From an uncultured Staphylococcaceae bacterium (GTDB taxonomy: Bacteria > Bacillota_I > Bacilli_A > RFN20 > CAG-826): a stretch of 63,549 nt of DNA. The stretch is taken from positions 1-63,549 of the forward strand of contig CAZJKC010000002.1 in the NCBI GenBank assembly GCA_964546565.1. Reading direction: 5' to 3'. Made by a program: the position numbers and the translations under genes. Positions within the stretch are counted from its first letter, which is position 1. Every line of letters begins with the position of its first letter. Of this stretch, positions 37,806 to 49,289 are shown one piece after another. The notes below the pieces were generated by a model. The model searched no databases. It worked only from the letters and a program-made list of their open reading frames with translations, and was not told the origin of the DNA.

Positions 37806-38453
37806 TTATTCTCCTTTTAATAAATGGGAGATGTCTTGGAAGACGTCTTCAATGTCTTGAAGCCCATCAACCGATTTTAACAAATGACGCTCTTGATAGA
37901 AAGCAATCAATGGTTTCGTTTGGGTTTCATAGGCATCTAATCTTTCGTTCAATACTTCAACAGTATCGTCTTTTCTTTGCATAAGTTCGCCACCGCAAGC
38001 ATCGCAAACATTGTCAACTTTGCTTGGTGAGAATTCTACGTGATAGGGAGCCGCACATGTTTTACAAACGCGACGTCCGCTAATACGACGAATCAAAGCA
38101 TCCTTATCAGCCGAAATATCAATAACCATTGTAATTGGACGATTAATTTCTTTGGTTAATGCTTCTAAAGCTTCTGCTTGAGGGATGGTTCTTGGAAAAC
38201 CATCTAAAAGATAACCATTCGCACAATCAGGTTCAGCTAATCTTTCTTTAACTAAACCAATTGTTACTTCATCAGGAACTAAAAAGCCCTGATTAATATA
38301 ACTGGCGGCTAAAACACCTAATGGCGTTCCCGCTTTAATAGCCGCGCGGAACATATCACCTGTAGATATATGAGGAATATTGAAATCCGCAATAATCTTT
38401 TTAGCTTGTGTTCCTTTGCCGGCTCCCGGAGGCCCCATTAAAATTATATTCAT
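37806..38453 (-). CDS. adk: Adenylate kinase (Zn-lid form)
   Basis: MNIILMGPPGAGKGTQ P-loop and lid CKTC...CDAC. Confidence 0.97.
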   Translation of the reverse strand: MNIILMGPPGAGKGTQAKKIIADFNIPHISTGDMFRAAIKAGTPLGVLAASYINQGFLVPDEVTIGLVKERLAEPDCANGYLLDGFPRTIPQAEALEALTKEINRPITMVIDISADKDALIRRISGRRVCKTCAAPYHVEFSPSKVDNVCDACGGELMQRKDDTVEVLNERLDAYETQTKPLIAFYQERHLLKSVDGLQDIEDVFQDISHLLKGE

Positions 38454-38459
38454 AATTAA

Positions 38460-39830
38460 TTAATACCCCCGTTTGGCTGTGTTAGCGGTCGCTTCTTCAA
38501 AACTCTTGCCGGCTAATAAGCCATCAATTTGTGAGTTAATTTCAAGAGCAACACCAACTACGATAATAAGACCTGTTCCACCTAAAGCTAATTGCTGTGG
38601 TAACACACCTGTTAAAGTCAAAACAACTGGTAAGGCAGCAATAAACGCTAAGGCAGTAGCCCCAATAAAGGTTACTCTATTTAACACTTTACGAACATAA
38701 CGCTCGGTTTCATTTCCAGGAAGATTACCTGGTCTAATTCCGGGAATATACGATCCATTGTTATAGAAATTAATCGATAATTGCTCGGGATTAATTTGTA
38801 AGTTCGAATAGAAGAATGAGAAGACAAAAATCAAAACGAGATAAATAATTAATCCCCAAGGCATATTCCAAGATCCGCCATTGAACCATGGCATTTTGGT
38901 CATCGCCGTTGTTGAGAAAATATTTAGCCATTCTGCACTTGTATCAGCACCTGTAATAAAACTTACAATTACCGTTGGCGCCATCATAATCGATGAAGCG
39001 AAGATGACTGGAATAACTCCAGCAGAGTTAATCTTAATTGGTAAGAAACTTGCTTGTGACATTTTTTGGGAACCACTCTTTCCTGAATGTTGAACAGGAA
39101 TTTTACGTTTTGATAATTCCACAAAAACGACAAAACACACGATTAATAAGTAAGCCACAACATAGAGAGCAAAGCGAATCGCACCTTCAAGGATACGAGA
39201 CGAAACGTTACTCATTAATGGATAATATAACCATCCTTCAAATGCTGTAGTCATTTGGCTTGGTAAAGAACTGATAATACCCGCAAAAATAATAACTGAT
39301 ATACCATTACCTAAACCCTTAGTGGTGATTTGATCACCTAACCACATTACTAACATACCACCGGCAATAAGAACGGTAACTATATAAGCATAATCCCAGA
39401 AACCTGTGCCCATAGTCAATGTAATGTAGTCACTGTTTTCCATTGTTTTAATAATACCATACGCTTGAACAGCTCCTAAAAGAAGTGTCAAATAACGAGT
39501 GGTCATTTCCATTTTCTTTCGACCAGTTTGTCCTTCTTTGCTCAATTGCGCTAAAGCGGGCAAAACATCCATCGAAAGTAATTGGACAATAATGGAAGAT
39601 GTAATATATGGGGAAACCCCGAGGGCGAAGATGGAGAAACTCGATAGAGCTCCACCACCTAATAAGTTCATTAATCCGAAGACGCTATTTTCACTGAAAT
39701 CCACGCTTGAAACGGTTACTCCAGGAATTGTAATAGCTGAACCGATACGGAAAACCAATAATATACCGAGGGTAAAAACGATTCTCCCCATAATTTCTTT
39801 GTTTTTTAAGATTGAAATGATTTTCTTCAT
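38460..39830 (-). CDS. secY: Preprotein translocase subunit SecY
   Basis: 456 aa, 10-TM pattern, operon position. Confidence 0.95.
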   Translation of the reverse strand: MKKIISILKNKEIMGRIVFTLGILLVFRIGSAITIPGVTVSSVDFSENSVFGLMNLLGGGALSSFSIFALGVSPYITSSIIVQLLSMDVLPALAQLSKEGQTGRKKMEMTTRYLTLLLGAVQAYGIIKTMENSDYITLTMGTGFWDYAYIVTVLIAGGMLVMWLGDQITTKGLGNGISVIIFAGIISSLPSQMTTAFEGWLYYPLMSNVSSRILEGAIRFALYVVAYLLIVCFVVFVELSKRKIPVQHSGKSGSQKMSQASFLPIKINSAGVIPVIFASSIMMAPTVIVSFITGADTSAEWLNIFSTTAMTKMPWFNGGSWNMPWGLIIYLVLIFVFSFFYSNLQINPEQLSINFYNNGSYIPGIRPGNLPGNETERYVRKVLNRVTFIGATALAFIAALPVVLTLTGVLPQQLALGGTGLIIVVGVALEINSQIDGLLAGKSFEEATANTAKRGY

Positions 39831-39832
39831 AT

Positions 39833-40273
39833 TTAGATCACCTCAATTGTTCCGCCAGCATCTTTGATTGCAGCTTCTGCAGCCTTTGAGAATTTATTTG
39901 CTTTAACTGTTAACTTCTTAGTTAATTGACCATTACCTAAAATTTTAACACCGTCATATTCTTTACGGACTAAGCCTGCTTCTTTTAATAATGTTGGAGT
40001 GACTTCGACGCCATCTTCAAACACATTTAAATCACCGACATTGACAATTGCGTAATCGATACGAGATACATTATGGAAGCCATGTTTTGGTAAACGACGG
40101 AATAATGGGTTTTGACCACCTTCAAAGCCGAGACGAGTACCGCCACCGCTACGAGAGTTTTGGCCTTTTTGACCTTTTCCTGATGTTTTGCCATTGCCAG
40201 AACCAATACCACGTCCAACGCGGAATGATTTCTTACGGGCTCCATTAGTATATTCGAGTTCATGCAGTTTCAT
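39833..40273 (-). CDS. rplO: 50S ribosomal protein uL15
   Basis: Start at ATG 40273 (MKLHELEY), with GGGAGG upstream. The track's start at 40282 is a GTG inside the RBS. Confidence 0.93.
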   Translation of the reverse strand: MKLHELEYTNGARKKSFRVGRGIGSGNGKTSGKGQKGQNSRSGGGTRLGFEGGQNPLFRRLPKHGFHNVSRIDYAIVNVGDLNVFEDGVEVTPTLLKEAGLVRKEYDGVKILGNGQLTKKLTVKANKFSKAAEAAIKDAGGTIEVI

Positions 40274-40317
40274 ATTGTGCACCTCCCTAGTTTTTTTAGA
40301 ATGATTGTAGCGCTTAT

Positions 40318-40917
40318 TTATTTACGGAGCGCTTTGACTTCACCGATTGTTTTTAAAGATTGTAAACCGGCTGTGGTCGCACGTAGAATGTTGATTGGTC
40401 TACGAGCGCCGTAAACTTTTGAATAAATATTCTTGACACCAGCTAATTCCAAGATAGCCCGAACTGGACCACCAGCAACGATTCCAGTACCTTCAGGAGC
40501 AGGTTTTAAGAAAACCTTAGTGGCTCCAAAAATACCTTCGACTTCGTGAGGGATGGTATCACCTTTCACCATTGGAACATGGAACATATTTTTCTTAGCG
40601 GCTTCTAATGCTTTTTTAATTGCATCTGGGACTTCGGTAGCTTTTCCTGTTCCATAACCGAATTTTCCTTTGCCATCTCCGACGACAACAACCGCTGAGA
40701 AACGCATATGACGACCGCCTTTTACTGTTTTGCTAACACGATTGATAGCAACGACGCGTTCTTCATATAACTTTTCTTGACGCTCGGGGCGACGGGCTCC
40801 ACGACGTTCACCGCGATGTTCACCGCGAGGACGACGATCTCCACGAGGAGTGCGTTTTTCTGGAGTTGTGCTTGTTGCAGTTTCTTCTGCAACTACTACT
40901 TTTTCTTCTTCAGCCAT
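40318..40917 (-). CDS. rpsE: 30S ribosomal protein uS5 with Arg/Glu-rich N-terminal extension
   Basis: 199 aa. The conserved core starts near [17 protein letters not shown] and is preceded by about 50 aa of [24 protein letters not shown]. Confidence 0.95.
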   Translation of the reverse strand: MAEEEKVVVAEETATSTTPEKRTPRGDRRPRGEHRGERRGARRPERQEKLYEERVVAINRVSKTVKGGRHMRFSAVVVVGDGKGKFGYGTGKATEVPDAIKKALEAAKKNMFHVPMVKGDTIPHEVEGIFGATKVFLKPAPEGTGIVAGGPVRAILELAGVKNIYSKVYGARRPINILRATTAGLQSLKTIGEVKALRK

Positions 40918-40929
40918 TTTCCGTTCCTC

Positions 40930-41286
40930 CTAGAATTTTAAGCCTGCTGCACGAGCGGCTTCTGCGACAGCCTTAACACGACCATGATAAATATATCCTG
41001 AACGATCAAAGACGATCGTTTCAATACCAGCCGCTAAAGCTTTTTGAGCAATATCTGTACCTACTTTAGTTGCCGCTTCAATGTTGCTTCCTTTTTCTAA
41101 TTTAAGAGCAACTGAAGATGAGCTAGCTAAAGTAACACCATTCACATCATCGATAAGTTGGACGTGAATATGTGAATTAGAACGATATACGCTTAAACGA
41201 GGGCATGAACTTGTTCCACTTATTTTAGCACGAACACGAGCATGGCGACGTTGACGAACGACATTTCTTGTTTCTTTTGTAATCAT
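40930..41286 (-). CDS. rplR: 50S ribosomal protein uL18
   Basis: Conserved sequence and operon position. Confidence 0.96.
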   Translation of the reverse strand: MITKETRNVVRQRRHARVRAKISGTSSCPRLSVYRSNSHIHVQLIDDVNGVTLASSSSVALKLEKGSNIEAATKVGTDIAQKALAAGIETIVFDRSGYIYHGRVKAVAEAARAAGLKF

Positions 41287-41305
41287 ACTCTTTCCTCCTT
41301 ACCAA

Positions 41306-41848
41306 CTATTTCTTACCAGCACGTTTTCCTTCTTTGCGGATAATATGCTCATTCTTATACATGATACCTTTTCCTTTATATGGTTCAGGTTCACGAACCG
41401 CACGAATACGCGCTGCTGTTTGTCCCACAGCTTGACGATTGGTTCCTTCAACAGTAACTTCCGTCGCACTTGGACAACTAATTTTAACACCTTCTTCAGG
41501 TTGAATAAAGACATCATGTGAGTATCCGATAAATAATTGTAAATCGTTACCCTTCATTTGAGCTCTATAACCGATACCAACGATTACGAGTTCTTTTTTG
41601 AATCCTTCGGTGACGCCAACGACCATGTTGTGAATTAAAGCACGGGTTGTACCATGAAGTGCTTTAGTTTGTTTTTCATCGTTTGGACGAATAACCTTTA
41701 ATTCATTACCATTGATTTCATATGTAAAACGGCTATCAAACGTTGCGGTTTCCGTTCCTTTTGAACCTTTAACCGTCACAACATTACCATTTACTTCAAC
41801 GGTTGTGCCTGCAGGTATTTCAATAACCTTATGACCAATACGTGACAT
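41306..41848 (-). CDS. rplF: 50S ribosomal protein uL6
   Basis: Start at MSRIGHK, with GGAGGAAACAAA upstream. Confidence 0.95.
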   Translation of the reverse strand: MSRIGHKVIEIPAGTTVEVNGNVVTVKGSKGTETATFDSRFTYEINGNELKVIRPNDEKQTKALHGTTRALIHNMVVGVTEGFKKELVIVGIGYRAQMKGNDLQLFIGYSHDVFIQPEEGVKISCPSATEVTVEGTNRQAVGQTAARIRAVREPEPYKGKGIMYKNEHIIRKEGKRAGKK

Positions 41849-41859
41849 TTTGTTTCCTC

Positions 41860-42255
41860 CTACCAAATGTAAGCGATAACTTCGCCACCAACGCCTAAGG
41901 CGCGGGCTTGCTTGTCGCTCATAACTCCCTTAGAGGTTGAAATAATTGCAATTCCTAATCCCTTTAATACATGTGGGAGTTTATCTGCTGGGACATTAAC
42001 ACGAAGACCAGGTTTGGAGATTTTCTTCAATCCTGAGATAACGCGAACGCCACCTTCAGCATATTTTAATGTAATTGTGAGTTCTTTTTTGACCTCGCCT
42101 GTAATAGCGTAATCAACAATGAAGCCTTCTTCTTTAAGAATATCAGCAATTCGTACTTTCATTTTAGAACTCGGCATACTAACTGTTTCGTGACGCATCA
42201 CATTGGCGTTACGAATTCTTGTAAGCATATCTGCAATTGGATCTGTCATTACCAT
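41860..42255 (-). CDS. rpsH: 30S ribosomal protein uS8
   Basis: [17 protein letters not shown]. Confidence 0.97.
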   Translation of the reverse strand: MVMTDPIADMLTRIRNANVMRHETVSMPSSKMKVRIADILKEEGFIVDYAITGEVKKELTITLKYAEGGVRVISGLKKISKPGLRVNVPADKLPHVLKGLGIAIISTSKGVMSDKQARALGVGGEVIAYIW

Positions 42256-42276
42256 AGTTATTTTCCTCCTTCTAGA

Positions 42277-42462
42277 TTACCAGCTGGACTTCTTCATGCC
42301 GGGAATTTCACCTTTATAGGCTAATTCACGCAAGCAGATTCTGCACAACTTAAATTTGCGAATGACTGAGTGAGGGCGTCCACAACGTTCACAACGTGTG
42401 TATTCTCTGACTTTGAATTTTTGTGGTCTACTATTTTTAGCCACGATTGATTTCTTTGCCAT
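42277..42462 (-). CDS. rpsN: 30S ribosomal protein uS14, short Zn-ribbon (type Z) form
   Basis: 61 aa with CERCGRP...CRIC. Confidence 0.95.
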   Translation of the reverse strand: MAKKSIVAKNSRPQKFKVREYTRCERCGRPHSVIRKFKLCRICLRELAYKGEIPGMKKSSW

Positions 42463-42479
42463 CTATTTTATCCCCCTTC

Positions 42480-43034
42480 TTATTTGTGAAATGGCATACC
42501 GAGTAATTCTAATAAGCTATATGCTTCCTCATCGGTATGAGCCGTTGTAACAATTACAATATCCATGCCCCGAAGTTTACTTACTTTATCATAATCAATT
42601 TCAGGGAAAATTAATTGTTCTTTAATTCCTAATGTATAGTCACCACGACCATCAAAGGCGTTTTTACTAACACCACGGAAGTCACGAACACGTGGAAGAG
42701 CAATTGTAAATAATTTATCAAGGAATTCATACATACGAATTCCACGAAGAGTCACTTTACAACCGATTGGTTGTCCAGCCCGAAGTTTAAAACTTGCAAT
42801 GGACTTCTTCGCTTTAGTAATTACTGGTTTTTGTCCAGTAATAATAGCCAATTCATTAGCGGCATCTTCTAACATTTTGGAGTTAGAGGTGGCATCGCCA
42901 ACACCAATGTTAATTACTACTTTTTCTAAAGCAGGAATTTGCATTGTTGAAGAATAACCGAACTTTTTAAATAAAGCAGGGGCTACTTCTTCTATATATT
43001 TTTGTTGGAGACGATTTGCATATTTTTTTGCCAT
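42480..43034 (-). CDS. rplE: 50S ribosomal protein uL5
   Basis: Conserved sequence. I prefer the second ATG (43034) from the 9-nt spacing to GGAGG; the alternative start is 43040. Confidence 0.93.
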   Translation of the reverse strand: MAKKYANRLQQKYIEEVAPALFKKFGYSSTMQIPALEKVVINIGVGDATSNSKMLEDAANELAIITGQKPVITKAKKSIASFKLRAGQPIGCKVTLRGIRMYEFLDKLFTIALPRVRDFRGVSKNAFDGRGDYTLGIKEQLIFPEIDYDKVSKLRGMDIVIVTTAHTDEEAYSLLELLGMPFHK

Positions 43035-43048
43035 CAACATTTACCTCC

Positions 43049-43363
43049 TTAGTCCAATTTCGCATTGCTTGATTTTGTTTTAGCAATACGAACTTTTTTA
43101 CCCTTCACAATGGAATAGCCAACACGAGTGGCTTTCTTTGTTTTAGGATCGATGAGAGCCACATTGCTCACATCAATTGGGGCATACACTTCAATGATGC
43201 ATCCTTCTGGATTTTGTTGTGTTGGTTTTTTATGTTTTTTACGAACATTAACACCTTCAACAACAACTTTATTTAGACTTGGATATGCTCTTTGAACAAT
43301 GCCTGTCTTTCCTTTATAAGAACCGGAAATGACAATTACTTTATCACCTTTTTTGATTTTCAT
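43049..43363 (-). CDS. rplX: 50S ribosomal protein uL24
   Basis: Conserved KOW motif and operon position. Confidence 0.96.
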   Translation of the reverse strand: MKIKKGDKVIVISGSYKGKTGIVQRAYPSLNKVVVEGVNVRKKHKKPTQQNPEGCIIEVYAPIDVSNVALIDPKTKKATRVGYSIVKGKKVRIAKTKSSNAKLD

Positions 43364-43374
43364 AGTAATTCCTC

Positions 43375-43749
43375 CTATAAAACCTCTAGTGCCAAGGAAA
43401 TAATCTTCATAAATTTATCTCCTTTTTCCCGAAGTTCACGAGCCACAGGTCCAAATACCCGGGTGCCTCTTGGTGTGCCATCATCGTTAATTAAAACGAC
43501 CGCGTTATCGTCAAAACGAATGGTTGATCCATCAGCACGATTAACCGCTTTGGCTACACGAACGATAACACATTTAACAACATCGCCTTTTTTTACTTTT
43601 GAGTTAGGGATTGCATCCTTAACTGCACATAATACAACATCACCAAGTGATGCTGATTTACGATGTGAACCGCCATATAAACGGAAGACTCTCACAGAGC
43701 GAGCGCCAGAGTTGTCAGCAACAACAAGATTTGTTTCAGTTTGAATCAT
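43375..43749 (-). CDS. rplN: 50S ribosomal protein uL14
   Basis: [17 protein letters not shown]. Confidence 0.97.
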   Translation of the reverse strand: MIQTETNLVVADNSGARSVRVFRLYGGSHRKSASLGDVVLCAVKDAIPNSKVKKGDVVKCVIVRVAKAVNRADGSTIRFDDNAVVLINDDGTPRGTRVFGPVARELREKGDKFMKIISLALEVL

Positions 43750-43766
43750 AACTTAGCTCCTCCTTC

Positions 43767-44030
43767 TTAGTCTTCTATAGCCTTGCTTACGATTGAAACA
43801 AGACGGAAACGTTTGGTAGCAGATAATGGGCGTGTTTCCATAATAAGAACGACATCACCTTTTTTAGCAATATTATTCTCATCATGAGCTTTATACTTCT
43901 TAGCATATTTAACACGTTTTCCATATTTTGCGTGCATTTTATGAGTTTCAATTAAAACTGTAATGGTTTTGTCCATTTTATCGGAGATAACTACTCCTTT
44001 AAGTGTACGACGAGATTTTCTTTCTTCCAT
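43767..44030 (-). CDS. rpsQ: 30S ribosomal protein uS17
   Basis: Conserved sequence and operon position. Confidence 0.96.
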   Translation of the reverse strand: MEERKSRRTLKGVVISDKMDKTITVLIETHKMHAKYGKRVKYAKKYKAHDENNIAKKGDVVLIMETRPLSATKRFRLVSIVSKAIED

Positions 44031-44044
44031 GAACCATTACCTCC

Positions 44045-44242
44045 TTACTTAATACCAAGCTCACGTTCGCGAATCACCGTATAAATACGAGCGATATCTT
44101 TACGTGCAGCGGTCATTGTTTTTCCATTTTCAAGTTGTCCAACAGCTTGTTTACGGCGGCATTCAAATAATTGTTCTTTAAGTTCATAGATCTTCGCATG
44201 AAGTTCTTCTGTACTCATTTCTCTAATTTCTTTGAGTTTCAT
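44045..44242 (-). CDS. rpmC: 50S ribosomal protein uL29
   Basis: 65 aa, operon position. Confidence 0.95.
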   Translation of the reverse strand: MKLKEIREMSTEELHAKIYELKEQLFECRRKQAVGQLENGKTMTAARKDIARIYTVIRERELGIK

Positions 44243-44244
44243 AA

Positions 44245-44661
44245 TTATTCCGCCTTTCCTTTTGCGATCACTTTACATTTGATTGGAAGTTTATACGAAG
44301 CTAAACGTAATGCTTCACGAGCATCAGCTTCAGGAACGCCTCCAATTTCAAACATAACGCGACCAGTTTTTACAACTGCCACCCATGATTCTGGTGAACC
44401 TTTACCAGAACCCATACGTACTTCGGCAGGTTTTTTTGTTTTTGCTAAATGAGGATAAATACGAATCCATATTTGTCCACTTCTTTTGGTGTAACGAGAT
44501 AAAACGATACGAGCCGCTTCAATTTGGCGATTTGTAATCCAATTACCCGATACAGCTTGGAGACCGAATTCACCGAATTCTACTTCGTTTCCGGCCTTAG
44601 AATGACCTTCATATTTAATGCTATGTGGTCTTCTATACTTGACTCTCTTTGGTTGTAACAT
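44245..44661 (-). CDS. rplP: 50S ribosomal protein uL16
   Basis: [13 protein letters not shown]. Confidence 0.97.
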   Translation of the reverse strand: MLQPKRVKYRRPHSIKYEGHSKAGNEVEFGEFGLQAVSGNWITNRQIEAARIVLSRYTKRSGQIWIRIYPHLAKTKKPAEVRMGSGKGSPESWVAVVKTGRVMFEIGGVPEADAREALRLASYKLPIKCKVIAKGKAE

Positions 44662-44667
44662 CGTGAA

Positions 44668-45336
44668 TTATTCTCCTTTCTTTTCTTTAACTGTGGGGAG
44701 AACTTCACCACGGCAGATCCAGACTTTGCAGCCTAAACGGCCATATGTGGTGTGTGCTTCCGCAAGAGCGTAATCAATATCACTACGGAGCGTATGAAGA
44801 GGAATAATTCCTTCATGATAACCTTCGCTACGAGCAATATCAGCACCAGCTAAACGACCTGAAATCATTGTTTTACATCCTTTAGCGCCAGCTTTACGAA
44901 CTCTTTGAATGGCTTTCTTTTGCACAGTACGGAATGAAGCACGTTCTTCTAATTGTTTAGCAATGCTTTGCGCTACTAAGGTAGCGTCAAGATCTGGTTG
45001 TTTGACATCAGCAACGCTGACACGTAAATCGGATCCCTTAACAATTTTTGCTAAATCCTTTTTAATAGCGTTAATATTCGCACCGTCTTGACCAATAACA
45101 ACACCCGGACGAGCCACAAAGATAGTGACATTGACTGTGTGTCCTTTATCGGTTTTAATTCTTTCAATCTCAACATGAGAAAGAAGTGCATCTTTTAATC
45201 TTTTTCCTAAATATTTACGAATTTTAAGATCTTCGTGTAAGAAAGTTGGAAAATCTTTTTTTGAGGCGTACCAACGGGAATTCCAATCACGATTAATTCC
45301 GATACGCATACCTACTGGATTAACTTTTTGTCCCAT
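44668..45336 (-). CDS. rpsC: 30S ribosomal protein uS3
   Basis: [18 protein letters not shown]. Confidence 0.97.
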   Translation of the reverse strand: MGQKVNPVGMRIGINRDWNSRWYASKKDFPTFLHEDLKIRKYLGKRLKDALLSHVEIERIKTDKGHTVNVTIFVARPGVVIGQDGANINAIKKDLAKIVKGSDLRVSVADVKQPDLDATLVAQSIAKQLEERASFRTVQKKAIQRVRKAGAKGCKTMISGRLAGADIARSEGYHEGIIPLHTLRSDIDYALAEAHTTYGRLGCKVWICRGEVLPTVKEKKGE

Positions 45337-45347
45337 GATTTTTCCTC

Positions 45348-45680
45348 CTATCTTTCTTTAATCACACAGGTAATGTGTGAAGTTCTTTTTACTATACTTG
45401 ACGCTGAACCTTTTGCACGAGGCATATAACGTTTTAAACGTGGTCCATCGTTTGCGTAAATTTCCGCAATATATAGTCTATCTTCATCCATGCCGTTATT
45501 ATTAATTGCATTTGCGGCACAGGATTTAATCAACTTAACCACTACAGGTGTCGCTGATTTATTAACATTGGCAAGAATGCCTAACGCCACACTAACATCT
45601 TTACCGCGAACAAGGTCGATAACTAAGCGGGCTTTTCTTGGAGTTACTCTAACTCCGGTAACAATTGCTTTTGCTTCCAT
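45348..45680 (-). CDS. rplV: 50S ribosomal protein uL22
   Basis: Conserved sequence and operon position. Confidence 0.96.
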   Translation of the reverse strand: MEAKAIVTGVRVTPRKARLVIDLVRGKDVSVALGILANVNKSATPVVVKLIKSCAANAINNNGMDEDRLYIAEIYANDGPRLKRYMPRAKGSASSIVKRTSHITCVIKER

Positions 45681-45691
45681 TATTTTTCTCC

Positions 45692-45985
45692 TTATTTATT
45701 CGCGTGAGCCGCTTTATCTTCAGCGGTGTGACCGGTATGTCCGGTGTAGGTACGGGTTGGAGCGAATTCTCCAAGTTTATGTCCGACCATATCTTCAACT
45801 ACATATACGGTAATGTGTTCATGACCGTTATAAACGGCAAAGGTATGTTCGATGAATTGCGGCAAAATAACGCTTCTCCGTGACCATGTCTTAATAATTT
45901 CTTTTTTACCTGATGCATTGAGAGCTTCAACTTTCTTTAAAAGGTGAGCATCAACGAAAGGTCCTTTTTTCAAGCTACGAGCCAT
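45692..45985 (-). CDS. rpsS: 30S ribosomal protein uS19
   Basis: [12 protein letters not shown]. Confidence 0.97.
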   Translation of the reverse strand: MARSLKKGPFVDAHLLKKVEALNASGKKEIIKTWSRRSVILPQFIEHTFAVYNGHEHITVYVVEDMVGHKLGEFAPTRTYTGHTGHTAEDKAAHANK

Positions 45986-46005
45986 GTTTCATTTCCTCCT
46001 TTACC

Positions 46006-46836
46006 TTATTTACTACGACGTCTGACGATCAAACGTGTAGAAGATTTCTTATTACGTCTAGTCTTCACACCAAGTGCACGTTTACCCCAAGGAGTACGTG
46101 GCGCATCACGGCCGACTGGACATTTACCTTCACCACCACCATGGGGGTGATCATTTGGGTTCATAACTGAACCACGAACGGTTGGGCGAGTTCCTAACCA
46201 ACGAGTTTTACCAGCTTTACCTAAATTAATTAAGCTATAATCTTCGTTACCGACAATACCGATTGTGGCACGGCAGACTGCTAAAACCTTACGAACTTCA
46301 CCACTTGCTAAACGAAGAATAACATATTTTCCTTCTTTACCAAGAATTTGTGCGCTGGTACCAGCTGCACGGCATAATTGACCACCTTTACCTGGATATA
46401 ATTCCACATTGTGGACAAATGTACCTTCAGGAATGTTGGCTAATGTCATCGCATTACCAACTTTAATATCAACGTTTTCACCAGAAATAATGTGGTCTCC
46501 AACTTTTAAATCTTTTGGAGCGATGATGTAACGTTTCTCACCATCTACATAATTAATTAAACAAATATTAGCATTACGATTTGGATCATATTCAATGGTA
46601 GCAACTACTCCATCGATACCATCTTTATTTCTCTTGAAATCTATAATACGATAACGGCGTTTATGACCCCCACCAATATGACGAGTGGTAATCGCGCCTG
46701 TATTATTACGTCCACCTGTTTTTGAAAGATTAACTAATAAACTTTTCTCAGGAGTATGCGTTGTGATTTCTTCAAATGTCGTATTTGTCATGTGACGACG
46801 GCTTGGAGTCGTCGGCTTATAAGTTCTAATTGACAT
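46006..46836 (-). CDS. rplB: 50S ribosomal protein uL2
   Basis: 276 aa. GGGEGK and other conserved blocks. Confidence 0.97.
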   Translation of the reverse strand: MSIRTYKPTTPSRRHMTNTTFEEITTHTPEKSLLVNLSKTGGRNNTGAITTRHIGGGHKRRYRIIDFKRNKDGIDGVVATIEYDPNRNANICLINYVDGEKRYIIAPKDLKVGDHIISGENVDIKVGNAMTLANIPEGTFVHNVELYPGKGGQLCRAAGTSAQILGKEGKYVILRLASGEVRKVLAVCRATIGIVGNEDYSLINLGKAGKTRWLGTRPTVRGSVMNPNDHPHGGGEGKCPVGRDAPRTPWGKRALGVKTRRNKKSSTRLIVRRRSK

Positions 46837-46873
46837 CTTTTCTTTCTCCTATATTTTGGTCTCTTTCTTGACC

Positions 46874-47215
46874 TTATTCTTTAAATAAATCAAGCGCTTG
46901 TCCTTCTTCTAAAGTGACAATGGCTTTTTTAAATGCTGGGACTGTTCCTTCATAACGTCCTGCACGTTTGCTCTTTGAACGAACATTAATGATTTTGACA
47001 TCTTTAACTTTAACTTGGAAAACAGCTTCAAACGCTAATTTCACTTCCGCACGATTCGCCTTAGGAGCAACTTTGACTGTAACCTTGTTATACTCTTGCA
47101 TTAAAGTCATTGACTTTTCAGTGATAACAGGGCAAATAATTGTATCAAAGCTTTTGACTGTTGGTTTGGTGAAGCGACTCTCGACGACGGCCGCTTTTTT
47201 CTTTGCTCTTGCCAT
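46874..47215 (-). CDS. rplW: 50S ribosomal protein uL23 (with short basic N-terminal extension)
   Basis: Core ICPVITEKSM... preceded by MARAKKKAAVVESRFTKPTVKSFD. Confidence 0.93.
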   Translation of the reverse strand: MARAKKKAAVVESRFTKPTVKSFDTIICPVITEKSMTLMQEYNKVTVKVAPKANRAEVKLAFEAVFQVKVKDVKIINVRSKSKRAGRYEGTVPAFKKAIVTLEEGQALDLFKE

Positions 47216-47859
47216 TATTTAAGTCCTCCCTCTAACGCTTTAACCGATTTCTTGGTAAAGACAACGTGATCTGAATTTAATAAATCATAAACCGAAACGT
47301 TGTCCACACTAACGATCAATACATTTGGTAAATTACGTGCGCTCATGAATAAGTTATCATCAGCTTCATCTAAAACGATAAGTGTTTTTCCTTCTGCATT
47401 GATTTTCGCTAAGATTTCAACCATTGTTTTTGTTTTTGGTGCTTCTACTTTAAATTCATCAACAACAATGATTGCTTTGTTTTGAGCCATCAATGATAAG
47501 GCTGAGCATAAGGCTAACTTATGAGCTTTCTTATTCATTGATAACTTATAGTTTTGGGTACCGGTTGGACCGAAAACATTTCCGCCGCCACGCCAAATTG
47601 GTGAACGACTTGAACCAGCACGTGCCCGGCCAGTTCCTTTTTGACGCCATGGCTTTTTGCCACCGCCACTGACTTCATCACGACGAAGTGTTTTTGCAGT
47701 AGCTTGGCGTGTATTCGCCCGATAAACTTGAACAGCATCGAACATGACTTGCTTGTTAGGCTCTAATCCAAAGACATCAGCGCTAACCATAACTTTAGAA
47801 GCTTTTTCACCAACTAAATTAATAACTGGTAAAGAAACTGTTTTTGCTTTTTCTGCCAT
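47215..47859 (-). CDS. rplD: 50S ribosomal protein uL4
   Basis: Conserved KPWRQKGTGRAR block. Confidence 0.97.
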   Translation of the reverse strand: MAEKAKTVSLPVINLVGEKASKVMVSADVFGLEPNKQVMFDAVQVYRANTRQATAKTLRRDEVSGGGKKPWRQKGTGRARAGSSRSPIWRGGGNVFGPTGTQNYKLSMNKKAHKLALCSALSLMAQNKAIIVVDEFKVEAPKTKTMVEILAKINAEGKTLIVLDEADDNLFMSARNLPNVLIVSVDNVSVYDLLNSDHVVFTKKSVKALEGGLK

Positions 47860-47879
47860 AATAGTTCTCCTTCCTGTTC

Positions 47880-48557
47880 TTATTGAGCGTTGCGGTTAAT
47901 TAATGTTTTAACAACCGATTTGCCTCTTTGTGCTTTAATCGCACTACGAATTGTAACAATTGATTTGGTTGGTCCGGGAACAGCGCCTTTCACAAGAATA
48001 GCATTGTGTTCCATATCGACAGCGACGATAACAAGATTTAATATTGTTGCTTGTTTGTCACCATGATGACCAGCCGATTTCTTTCCTGGATGAATGCGGT
48101 TATTGGTACGACCATTAGTGGCAAATGAACCGGCATGACGGTGATAACCTGAACCGTGTCCTTTTGGACCAATGATGAAGTGCCAACGTTTAATAGCGCC
48201 GCTAAATCCTTTACCTTTGCTGGTGCCGATGACATCAACGACTTCACCAGCTGCGAATAAGTCAGCGGTAATGGAGTCACCAACATTGAATTTTTTCATT
48301 TCATCACCCTTTAATTCTTTTAAAACATATTTTGGGGTGGTGTTAGCTTTTGCAAAGATACCTTTTTCAGCTTTATTAGCACGATGTTCTTTCTTTTCTT
48401 CATATCCAACTTGGATTGCTTCATAACCATCGTTTTCTAATGTTTTCACTTGGGTAACAACGTTTGGTAAAACTTCAATAACTGTTACTGGATATAAAAC
48501 GCCATCTTCAGCGAAAACTTGGGTCATTCCCATTTTTCTTCCAACTATTGCTTTCAT
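47880..48557 (-). CDS. rplC: 50S ribosomal protein uL3
   Basis: MKAIVGRKMGMTQVF. Confidence 0.97.
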   Translation of the reverse strand: MKAIVGRKMGMTQVFAEDGVLYPVTVIEVLPNVVTQVKTLENDGYEAIQVGYEEKKEHRANKAEKGIFAKANTTPKYVLKELKGDEMKKFNVGDSITADLFAAGEVVDVIGTSKGKGFSGAIKRWHFIIGPKGHGSGYHRHAGSFATNGRTNNRIHPGKKSAGHHGDKQATILNLVIVAVDMEHNAILVKGAVPGPTKSIVTIRSAIKAQRGKSVVKTLINRNAQ

Positions 48558-48571
48558 GACATCTTACCTCC

Positions 48572-48883
48572 TTAAAGCTTGATATCAATATCTACACCGC
48601 TTGGAAGATCAAGACGTTTCAAAACATCGATGGTTTCCTTAGTAGGATTATAGATATCGATTAAGCGCTTATGTGTTCTAATTTCGAATTGTTCACGCGC
48701 ATCTTTGTATTTATGAACAGCTCTTAGGATTGTATAAACTTGCTTCTCTGTTGGAAGCGGGATTGGGCCTACAACCTTAGCCCCCGACTTAATAGCGGCG
48801 TTCACAATCTTTTCGACTGATAAATCAAGAATCTTGTGATCATATGCTTTTAAACGGATTCTAATCTTTTTTGTTTTAGCCAT
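48572..48883 (-). CDS. rpsJ: 30S ribosomal protein uS10
   Basis: [15 protein letters not shown]. First gene of the S10 operon. Confidence 0.97.
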   Translation of the reverse strand: MAKTKKIRIRLKAYDHKILDLSVEKIVNAAIKSGAKVVGPIPLPTEKQVYTILRAVHKYKDAREQFEIRTHKRLIDIYNPTKETIDVLKRLDLPSGVDIDIKL

Positions 48884-49012
48884 GAATTTTTCCTCCTTTG
48901 TCTAAATCAGGCTTAGACGTCGCTCCATACGAATTCCCTGTACGCTTATTCATGACAACTCTTAATGGCGTATCAGCAACCTCGCACTTCATTACGGACA
49001 TCAGCATTTGAA

Positions 49013-49041
49013 ATAATATCAAAAGATAAAATGAAATGCAA
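49013..49041 (-). promoter_or_regulatory. Candidate promoter of the S10 operon
   Basis: Minus strand: TTGCAT (49041..49036), 17 nt, TATTAT (49018..49013). This would give a leader of about 120 nt. Confidence 0.45.
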
Positions 49042-49289
49042 TACTTTTTTTTCATTTTTTTATAGATTTATTATTAATTAATTTTATAATTTATTATAAG
49101 TATATATATGTAAAACATTCCCTTTTATTATGACATTTACTGTTTTTTCAAATTATAAAAATAAGCGAATGATTATTTCTCAACAATTATCTTTTTCAAC
49201 ATTTATTCGATGTAAAAATATTTTTTTCGTTCTTTTTTTAGCCATTAAAAACCATTGGATTAAAGTTTCAACTGCAAAGTAATATAAAA

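Noticed and set aside
43292-43744. 150-aa plus-strand ORF. Similar plus-strand ORFs occur across the ribosomal cluster: 35392..35628, 38473..38700, 39499..39867, 44171..44452, 45490..45813, 45944..46150, 46968..47222 and 48172..48426.
   Set aside because: All lie antisense inside highly conserved minus-strand genes, with no RBS and no recognisable motifs. They are shadow ORFs of the kind expected opposite GC-richer, codon-biased genes.
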